Under the pieces are notes generated by a model. That model made no database searches, was not told the DNA's origin, and worked only from the letters and a program-made list of their open reading frames with translations. Positions 57,556 through 64,000 of a stretch of 64,000 nt of DNA are shown piece after piece. The translations under genes were made by a program, and so were the position numbers. Each line of letters opens with the position of its first letter. Within the stretch, counting starts at the first letter, position 1. The stretch comes from Tagaea sp. (GTDB taxonomy: Bacteria; Pseudomonadota; Alphaproteobacteria; CACIAM-22H2): NCBI GenBank assembly GCA_965279525.1, contig CBDIIB010000005.1, positions 1,664,001-1,728,000 of the forward strand, in the 5' to 3' direction.

Positions 57556-58044
57556 ATGGATCAGTACGAGGAACTTCACGGTCTCTATTTCGAGGATCTG
57601 AAGGTCGGCCAGACCGCGATTTTTGCCAAGACCGTCACCGAGACCGACATCGTGCTGTTCGCAGGGCTGACCGGCGACAACAATCCCGTGCACATCAACG
57701 AGGTGTTCGCCGCCGCCACGCCGTTCTCGGGCCGCATCGCGCACGGCATGCTGACCGCCAGTTTCGTCTCGACGGTTCTCGGCACGCGCCTGCCGGGACC
57801 GGGCGCCATCTATCTGAGCCAGACGCTGCGCTTCAAGGCGCCGGTGCGCGCGGGCGACACGGTCGTGGCGCGCGCGACGGTCAAGGAACTGGTGCCGGAG
57901 AAGCGCCGTTGCACGCTCGAGACGACGATCATGGTCGATGACAAGACCGTGCTCGAGGGCGAGGCCGTCGTGCTCGTGTCGAGCCGTGCGGCACTGACCG
58001 CGCATCGCGCGAGCGCGCGCGAGACATCGGCTGCAGGCGACTGA
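57556..58044 (+). CDS. MaoC family dehydratase ((R)-enoyl-CoA hydratase, PhaJ-like)
   Basis: FAGLTGDNNPVH, RIAHGML, LPGPGAIYLSQTLRFKAPV. Confidence 0.92.
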   Translation: MDQYEELHGLYFEDLKVGQTAIFAKTVTETDIVLFAGLTGDNNPVHINEVFAAATPFSGRIAHGMLTASFVSTVLGTRLPGPGAIYLSQTLRFKAPVRAGDTVVARATVKELVPEKRRCTLETTIMVDDKTVLEGEAVVLVSSRAALTAHRASARETSAAGD

Positions 58045-58052
58045 ACGAACCA

Positions 58053-59018
58053 ATGCGTCTTTACCGCGATCCGGCCGGCATTCCCGCCGATGCGAAGGGT
58101 GCCTACGCCGCCATCGGCAATTTCGACGGCGTGCATCGCGGCCATCAGGCCGTGATCGGCGAGGCGATCCGCCTTGCGCGCGCGGCCGGCCGCAAGTCGG
58201 CCGTCATCACGTTCGAGCCGCATCCGCGCCGCGTGTTCAAGCCCGACCTGCCGCCGTTCCTGCTGACCAGTGCGCGCATGAAGATCGCCACGCTGCGCGA
58301 TCTGGGTGTCGATCTGTGTTTTGCACTCCGCTTCGACCGGCAGCTTGCGGGCCTGACAGCCGAGGAATTCGTCGCGCGCGTGCTGGTCGGCTCGCTCGGC
58401 CTCGAAGGTATCGTCGCCGGCTACGATTTCGTCTTCGGCAAGGGTCGTGGCGGCAGTCCGGAAACACTGGTCGCCGAGATGCGCAAGGCCGGGCGGGTCG
58501 CGAAGATCGTGGCCCCCGCACTCGACGCGGCGGCCGCCGGGTCGGCGGCTGGCGAGAGCGATCCGGAAGCGTTCGTCTATTCGTCGACCGGCGTGCGCGA
58601 CGCGCTCAAAGCGGGCGATCCGCGCGCCGCCGCGCGCATCCTCGGCCGGCCCTTCGCGATCGAAGGGCGCGTGCGTCACGGCGACGCGCGCGGCCGCACG
58701 ATCGGTTTTCCGACCGCGAACCTGGCGCTGGGCCCCTATCTGCCACCGGCCTTCGGCGTCTATGCGGTGCGCGTGGACGGTGCCGTCGCCGGTCGTACGC
58801 TGGGCGGTGTCGCCAATCTCGGCGTACGCCCGACGGTGGGCGGGGATCCCGCACCCCGCCTCGAGGTCCATCTGTTCGACTTCGCGGGCGATCTTTACGG
58901 GCGACGGCTGACGGTCTCGCTGATCGAGTTCCTGCGTCCCGAACGCAAGTTCGACGGCCTCGATGCGCTCAAGGCCCAGATCGCCGCCGACGCTTCGGCT
59001 GCGCGAAAGCTGGTCTAG
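58053..59018 (+). CDS. ribF: Bifunctional riboflavin kinase / FAD synthetase
   Basis: IGNFDGVHRGHQ, TFEPHP, GRTIGFPTAN, GVRPT, LEVHLFDF, RPERKF. Confidence 0.97.
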   Translation: MRLYRDPAGIPADAKGAYAAIGNFDGVHRGHQAVIGEAIRLARAAGRKSAVITFEPHPRRVFKPDLPPFLLTSARMKIATLRDLGVDLCFALRFDRQLAGLTAEEFVARVLVGSLGLEGIVAGYDFVFGKGRGGSPETLVAEMRKAGRVAKIVAPALDAAAAGSAAGESDPEAFVYSSTGVRDALKAGDPRAAARILGRPFAIEGRVRHGDARGRTIGFPTANLALGPYLPPAFGVYAVRVDGAVAGRTLGGVANLGVRPTVGGDPAPRLEVHLFDFAGDLYGRRLTVSLIEFLRPERKFDGLDALKAQIAADASAARKLV

Positions 59019-60145
59019 CGCGCCGGCGGGCGTGGTGCCTGGCCTGCTTCGGCGGCCATTTCGGCGCGGCCCTGCGGCGTCAGGCGCTTCTTCAGGTTCA
59101 TCACGTAGCTGATGACTTCGGCGACCGCCTTGTAGTGCTCGGGCGGGATTTCCTCGTCGATGTCGACGCTGGCGTAGAGGGCACGCGCCAGCGGGCGGTT
59201 CTCGACGATCGGCACTTCGTGCTCGGTCGCGATCTCGCGGATCTTGAGGGCCGTGAGGTCCACGCCCTTGCCCACGCACACCGGGGCCGCCGTCTTCTCG
59301 TCGTAGCGCAGCGCCACGGCATAGTGGGTCGGGTTCGTTACCACGACGGTCGCCTTGGGGATCGCGGTCATCATGCGCCGGCGCGCGCGTTCCATGCGCA
59401 GCTGCTTGATGCGCCCCTTGACGACCGGGTCGCCTTCCGACTGCTTGTACTCGTCCTTGATCTCCTGCTTGGACATGCGCAGGCGCTTGTAATGCTGGAA
59501 GCGCTGGTAGAGATAGTCGAGCCCGGCGATCAGCGTCATCACCGAGATGACGGCGACCATCACCTTCATCGCCAGCGTGAGCATCACGCGGCCGATATCC
59601 GGCAGGTCGAGTTCGACAAACCGCGCGAGATCGTCGGCTTCGCCCTTCAGCGTGTACCAGCAGACCGTGCCGACGATCGTGATCTTGATGAGGCCTTTCA
59701 GGAACTCGAAGACGGAGTTGAACGAGAACAGCCGCTTGAAGCCGCTCGTCGGCGAGATCTTGCTGAATTTCGGGATCAGCGGCTGGGCCGAGACGATGAA
59801 GCCGTTCTGCAGGACCTGGGCGGCGACGGCGGCCACCATCAGCACCGCGAAGAACGGCAGCATGGCGACAAGCGGCGACATGAGCGCGAAGGCGATGATC
59901 TGCTGGAGACCGCCGCCCTCGAAGGTGAATTCGTGCGGGCGCTCGAAGAAGGGGACCATGGCGCCGGTCAGTCCGCGCCACATGTGGGTGCCGAGAAACG
60001 TGAAGCCGAGCGTGGCGCCCATGAACATCATCCAGTGATTGAGCTCGCGCGTGGCCGCGACCTGGCCTTTCTCGCGCGCATCGTCCAGCCGTTTGCCGGT
60101 TGGCTCTTCTGTTTTGGAGGACTCGTCTTGGGCTTCTTCGGCCAT
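59015..60145 (-). CDS. flhB: Flagellar export protein FlhB
   Basis: KTEEPT.KRL.DAREKGQV, KQSEGDP, autocleavage NPTH. Confidence 0.97.
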   Translation of the reverse strand: MAEEAQDESSKTEEPTGKRLDDAREKGQVAATRELNHWMMFMGATLGFTFLGTHMWRGLTGAMVPFFERPHEFTFEGGGLQQIIAFALMSPLVAMLPFFAVLMVAAVAAQVLQNGFIVSAQPLIPKFSKISPTSGFKRLFSFNSVFEFLKGLIKITIVGTVCWYTLKGEADDLARFVELDLPDIGRVMLTLAMKVMVAVISVMTLIAGLDYLYQRFQHYKRLRMSKQEIKDEYKQSEGDPVVKGRIKQLRMERARRRMMTAIPKATVVVTNPTHYAVALRYDEKTAAPVCVGKGVDLTALKIREIATEHEVPIVENRPLARALYASVDIDEEIPPEHYKAVAEVISYVMNLKKRLTPQGRAEMAAEAGQAPRPPAR

Positions 60146-60155
60146 GTCAGGACCT

Positions 60156-60938
60156 TCAGGGACCGAGGAGCAGGGGTTCGAGCTTGTCCATGAAGCCGCG
60201 CTCGAAGGCGCGCATGGCCGCCGCCGTGGTCAGGGCGAGGGCCGCCATGCCGATGGCGATCTGGGCCGGCTGGGCGATGAAGAACACCTGGATCGCGGGC
60301 TGCAGGCGCGCGATCAGCCCCATCGCGAGGTTGATGACCAGGCCGAAGACGAGGAAGGGGGCCGAGATCTGCACGCCGAGCGCGAAGCTGTGCGCGGTCC
60401 ATGTCGTCAGCGCCTTGGCGAAATCGCCAAGCGGCGGGAGCTGGCCGGGCGGGAACAGCCGGTAGGAATCCGCGATCGCGTGCAGCAGCAGGTGATGCAT
60501 GTTCGTCACGAACAGGAACGCGATGGCGATCGCCACGAGCCAGGCGGAGATCGCCGCACCCTGCTGGCCGAAGCCCGGATCGAAGAGCGTTGCCGCCGCA
60601 AGGCCGGTCTGCTGGGCGATGATGGCGCCGGCGACGACGAGTGCGGAGATGGCGAAGCGGCCGGCGAGCCCGATGAAGGCGCCGACCAGCGTTTCGCCCA
60701 GCAGGATGCCGGTCATCGAGATGACGGATTCGGGAAGCGGCGGGATCGACGGGCCGACCAGCGGCGTGAGGACGAGACAGATCGCCAGCGCCAGACCCAG
60801 CCGCATGCGCGCCGGGATGGCGAGTTCGCCCAGGCCCGGCATGCCGAGCATCGCAGCGCTTATCCGCACGAAGACGGCGAAATAGACGAAGACCTCGGCG
60901 GGCAGGGCGCGCGTCAGTTCGCCGACGATCAGGTTCAC
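60156..60938 (-). CDS. fliR: Flagellar export protein FliR
   Basis: Polytopic membrane protein, AGAIIAQQTGL, GLIARLQPAIQVFF; between fliQ and flhB. Confidence 0.93.
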   Translation of the reverse strand: MNLIVGELTRALPAEVFVYFAVFVRISAAMLGMPGLGELAIPARMRLGLALAICLVLTPLVGPSIPPLPESVISMTGILLGETLVGAFIGLAGRFAISALVVAGAIIAQQTGLAAATLFDPGFGQQGAAISAWLVAIAIAFLFVTNMHHLLLHAIADSYRLFPPGQLPPLGDFAKALTTWTAHSFALGVQISAPFLVFGLVINLAMGLIARLQPAIQVFFIAQPAQIAIGMAALALTTAAAMRAFERGFMDKLEPLLLGP

Positions 60939-61216
60939 GAGCTGCCGCCGATCCCGATGCCGACGGCCTTGGCCATCAGCTCGCGCGTGAATTCGATCAG
61001 CGTCGTGGACATGAACGGGATCGTCAGCACGAAGACGGCGAACAGCACCAGGATCTTCGGCACGAAGGTCAGGGTCTGTTCCTGGATCTGCGTCAGCGCC
61101 TGGATGAGGCTGATGACGAGGCCGACGACCAGCGCCACGAGCATCAGGGGAGCCGAGATCTTGAGCATCACCCAGATCGCCTCGCGCGACACTTCCAGCA
61201 CGTCGGTGGCGTTCAT
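60935..61216 (-). CDS. fliQ: Flagellar export protein FliQ
   Basis: VGLVISLIQALTQIQEQTLTFVPKI. Confidence 0.96.
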   Translation of the reverse strand: MNATDVLEVSREAIWVMLKISAPLMLVALVVGLVISLIQALTQIQEQTLTFVPKILVLFAVFVLTIPFMSTTLIEFTRELMAKAVGIGIGGSS

Positions 61217-61254
61217 GGGCGTTCCCGATAGGCTAGGGCGATCCGACGCTGCCG

Positions 61255-61575
61255 TCAGATCGGCATGCGGATGATTTCCTGGTAGGCCTGCACGACGCGG
61301 TCGCGCACGGCGATGGTCGCCTGCAGCGTGACCTCGGCGGCCGATACCGCCTGCACGACCTGGCCCACGTCGGCCTTGCCGGCAAGGGCGCGAAGGCTGG
61401 CCTGCTCGCCCGCCTTCAGCGACTGCATCGTGTTCTGGGCGGCCTGCGCCAGGATCGAGCCGAAATCGGCGTTGCCGGGTGCCGACTCGTCGGCGCCGGC
61501 GGCCGAACCGGGTTTGGAGATGCGTGCCGCACCCTGATAGGCGGCGGCGGCGAGCGAGGGCGAGGTGATTGCCAT
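61255..61575 (-). CDS. fliE: Flagellar hook-basal body protein FliE
   Basis: AVRDRVVQAYQEIIRMPI C-terminus. Confidence 0.95.
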   Translation of the reverse strand: MAITSPSLAAAAYQGAARISKPGSAAGADESAPGNADFGSILAQAAQNTMQSLKAGEQASLRALAGKADVGQVVQAVSAAEVTLQATIAVRDRVVQAYQEIIRMPI

Positions 61576-61598
61576 TTAAGGGGTCCCTTCGGCGGCGA

Positions 61599-62009
61599 TC
61601 AGCCGCGCAGGATGTCGATCGTGCGGGAGATCATGCTCTTCGACGTCTCGATGACGTTGATGTTGGCTTCGTAGGAACGCTGCGCCTGGCGCATGTCCAT
61701 CGCCTCGATCAGGTTGTTGACGTTCGGGGCAAGCACATAGCCCTCGGCGTCGGCGGCGGGATGCGAGGGCTCGTAGCGGCGCGCGAAGGAGGTCTTGTCG
61801 GTGCCGATGCCGGAGGTGCGCACCGTCTGGGTGCCGATCTGGCGGTCGAGGATGTTGCGGAAGCTGATCGTCTTGCGCCGGTAGGGATCCGCACCCGGCG
61901 TCTCGCCGAGCGAGTCGGCGTTGGCGATGTTTTCGGCGATCACGCGCATGCGGGTCGACTGGGCGGCCATGCCGGCTGCCGAGACGCGCATCGATTTCTG
62001 GAGGTCCAT
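61599..62009 (-). CDS. flgC: Flagellar basal-body rod protein FlgC
   Basis: AENIANADS, DPYRRK, YEPSHPAAD..GYV..PNVN, AQRSYEAN. Confidence 0.97.
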   Translation of the reverse strand: MDLQKSMRVSAAGMAAQSTRMRVIAENIANADSLGETPGADPYRRKTISFRNILDRQIGTQTVRTSGIGTDKTSFARRYEPSHPAADAEGYVLAPNVNNLIEAMDMRQAQRSYEANINVIETSKSMISRTIDILRG

Positions 62010-62022
62010 CGCTATTCCCCGT

Positions 62023-62424
62023 CTACGAGTTGCGGCCGATCGCCGAGCGCAGCATGGCGAGCTGCCGGCGATAGATGTTGGTGGTCATCTGGTAGTCCAT
62101 CGCCGTGTCGGCGACCTTCATGAGTTCCGTGTCGAGCTGGACCGAGTTGCCCGACAGCGTCGTCTCGCTCGGGCGCGGCTTGTCTTCGCGGTCCGGGCCG
62201 GCGATCTGGCGGCTGGTCAAATGCTGCGTCGCCGTCGTCGTCGCGGTCAGGCGCGAGGTCTGCTTGCGCATCTCGGCGCGGAAATCGATGGCCTTCAGGT
62301 CGCGCGGCTGGAAGTTCGGCGTGTCGGCGTTCGAGACGTTGTGCGACAGCACCGTCTGGCGGTGGCTGAGCCAGTCCATCCGACGTGCGATCATCCCGAA
62401 GAGGGGCAGACGCGTAATATCCAT
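62023..62424 (-). CDS. flgB: Flagellar basal-body rod protein FlgB
   Basis: RQTVLSHNVSNADTPNFQPRDL, SGNSVQLDTE. Confidence 0.96.
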   Translation of the reverse strand: MDITRLPLFGMIARRMDWLSHRQTVLSHNVSNADTPNFQPRDLKAIDFRAEMRKQTSRLTATTTATQHLTSRQIAGPDREDKPRPSETTLSGNSVQLDTELMKVADTAMDYQMTTNIYRRQLAMLRSAIGRNS

Positions 62425-62446
62425 GACCTTACTCTAGTGGCCGAAA

Positions 62447-62463
62447 GGTTAATAATCGGTAAA
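62447..62463 (-). promoter_or_regulatory. CtrA box upstream of flgB
   Basis: Minus strand TTTA-CCGATTA-TTAACC, one mismatch to TTAA-N7-TTAAC, in the AT-rich divergent flagellar promoter region. Confidence 0.6.
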
Positions 62464-62672
62464 TTATCTATAATTTTAGAGAATTTGAAAAGCATTTAAT
62501 TCACGCCAAGATTCAATATCTTGTTTGGCGAATCGGAGTCTCGAGTCGAGACTGATTTTCGGGCTAATTGCTGGAAACTACAAACAAAACTCACTTTTAA
62601 TAAAGTTTTAGCTGGTTTGGGGTAGTCCTGTGATCGTCAGTCCTTCCGCGAACCTGTCGAAAGCCGTTTCCC

Positions 62673-63005
62673 TTGGCCCGTCGTCCACCCCGACCGCCGC
62701 GTGCCCCGCTCGATCCGAACATGAAGCGGGCGATCGCCCTCGAGTACGCGCGCGAAAGCGATCCTGCACCGCGCGTCACGGCGAAGGGCGAGGGGCTGCT
62801 TGCCGACAAGATCGTCGAGATCGCGCGCGCACACGGCGTGACGGTGCGCGAGGACCGCGACCTGGTGATGCTGCTGGGAGCGGTCGACATCGACAGCCCG
62901 ATCCCGGTCGAAGCCTTCCAGGCGGTCGCCGAGATCCTCTCCTACATCTATCGAAAGCAGGGCCGCCTCGCCGCCGGCAAGGCCGCACCGGAGACCAAGC
63001 CATGA
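62673..63005 (+). CDS. Stand-alone FlhB C-terminal-like (EscU/YscU/HrcU family) protein
   Basis: AIALEY....APRVTAKGEG..ADKIVEIA..HGV.VRED, IPVEAFQAVAEILSYIY; start may be ATG 62721. Confidence 0.88.
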   Translation: MARRPPRPPRAPLDPNMKRAIALEYARESDPAPRVTAKGEGLLADKIVEIARAHGVTVREDRDLVMLLGAVDIDSPIPVEAFQAVAEILSYIYRKQGRLAAGKAAPETKP

Positions 63006-63295
63006 GGGCGGTCGAAGTCCTGCAGGCCATCGTCGACGTGACGCGCGAGATCGACGAGGCGCGTGCCGCCCTCCATCGCGGACAGGACGTGGCGCTCGAC
63101 GGGCTCGACGGGCGCGTGCGCGACCTTTGCCTGTCCACGACCGAGCTTCCGCGCGCCGAAGGGATCGCGTGCGCGGGCGCGCTCGACGGCGTGCACCAGG
63201 CCCTCGAACGGCTGCGCGGCACGCTTGCCGTTTCCGCCCGGCTTGCCGGTCCGGCCGCCCGCGTTCCGCAGGGCCACACGGGCTATCCGCGATGA
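63002..63295 (+). CDS. Hypothetical helical protein in the flagellar operon
   Basis: ATGA-coupled at both ends; VALDGLDGRVRDLC. Confidence 0.65.
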   Translation: MRAVEVLQAIVDVTREIDEARAALHRGQDVALDGLDGRVRDLCLSTTELPRAEGIACAGALDGVHQALERLRGTLAVSARLAGPAARVPQGHTGYPR

Positions 63296-63582
63296 TGATG
63301 GAACCCGAAAGCCTGCTGCGTTTCGCGGCCGCCCTTGCCTTCGTCGTGGCGCTGATCGCCGCGATCGCGTGGCTCGCGCGCCGCTGGATGCCGGGCGGCG
63401 TGGCGGTCTCGGCCAGCAAGCGCCGGCGCCTCCAGATCGTCGAGACGCTCGCCCTCGATCCCAAGACGCGCGCGATGCTGGTACGGCGCGACGAGGTCGA
63501 GCATCTCCTCGTCGTCGGTCCGCACGGTACGACGCATGTCGAGCGCGTCGAGCCGTCGCGCGCGACGTCGGAGCCGGCCTGA
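63292..63582 (+). CDS. fliO: Flagellar protein FliO
   Basis: One TM then RRLQIVETLALDPKTRAMLVRRDEVEHLLVVG; directly before fliP. Confidence 0.88.
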   Translation: MMMEPESLLRFAAALAFVVALIAAIAWLARRWMPGGVAVSASKRRRLQIVETLALDPKTRAMLVRRDEVEHLLVVGPHGTTHVERVEPSRATSEPA

Positions 63583-64000
63583 TGCGCTTGCTGAAGGCCG
63601 CTTGCGTCTTCCTGCTGGTGCTGGCGCCGCTGCCGGCGCTGGCGCAGAGCTTCAATCTCGACCTGGGCGACGGCAGTTCCACCACGGGCCGCATCATCCA
63701 GCTGATGCTGCTGATGACGGTGCTGACGCTCGCACCCTCCATCCTGATGATGGTGACGAGCTTCGTGCGCATCGCCGTCGTGCTGTCGCTGCTGCGCACC
63801 GCACTGGGCACCCAGCAGGCGCCGCCCAACGCGGTGCTGACGTCGCTGGCGCTGTTCCTGACGTTCTTCATCATGGCGCCGGTCGGCGAGGTCGCATGGC
63901 GCGACGGCATCTCGCCGCTGATCGACGGGCGCATCACCGAAGTCCAGGCAATCGAGCGGTCGGCGAAGCCCTTCCACGAATTCATGATCGTGCACACGCG
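63582..64000 (+). CDS. fliP: Flagellar export protein FliP (partial, runs off window)
   Basis: Hand-translated: signal peptide, TVLTLAPSILMMVTSFVRIAVVLSLLRTALGTQQAPPNAVLTSLALFLTFFIMAP. Confidence 0.96.
   Translation, partial: MRLLKAACVFLLVLAPLPALAQSFNLDLGDGSSTTGRIIQLMLLMTVLTLAPSILMMVTSFVRIAVVLSLLRTALGTQQAPPNAVLTSLALFLTFFIMAPVGEVAWRDGISPLIDGRITEVQAIERSAKPFHEFMIVHT

Overview
High-GC alphaproteobacterial chromosomal window (Rhodospirillales-like, inferred from the aroA-cmk-rpsA-sppA-ihfB-lapA order, TIGR02300-tRNA-Ala synteny, regBA, DUF2336 and the flgBC-fliE-fliQR-flhB / fliOP layout). It is mostly core genome: regBA, wcaJ, UDP-GlcA decarboxylase, rlmJ, rpsA, cmk, aroA, thrS, ribF, flagellar genes, TRAP, RND and ABC transporters, and one tRNA-Ala(GGC). 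I saw no CRISPR array, integrase or transposase. The two best candidates for an undescribed system are (1) three tandem ~330-aa paralogues of unknown function followed by a two-module pentapeptide-repeat protein (37277-41810), two of them preceded by CtrA-like boxes, and (2) an outer-membrane TPR/beta-barrel + FecR-domain + CHASE2 adenylate cyclase operon with a convergent Crp regulator (52131-57420), resembling a split trans-envelope cAMP pathway. Also noted: two highly structured non-coding stretches (11589-11780, 42305-42464), a 29-aa membrane peptide missing from the ORF track, a tandem cold-shock protein with an RGG/Trp linker, degenerate EAL-like and HD-GYP-like proteins, a clade-2 chlorite dismutase and a MesD-like methionine synthase without an adjacent mesX. 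All family assignments come from motif recognition by eye; no searches were run.
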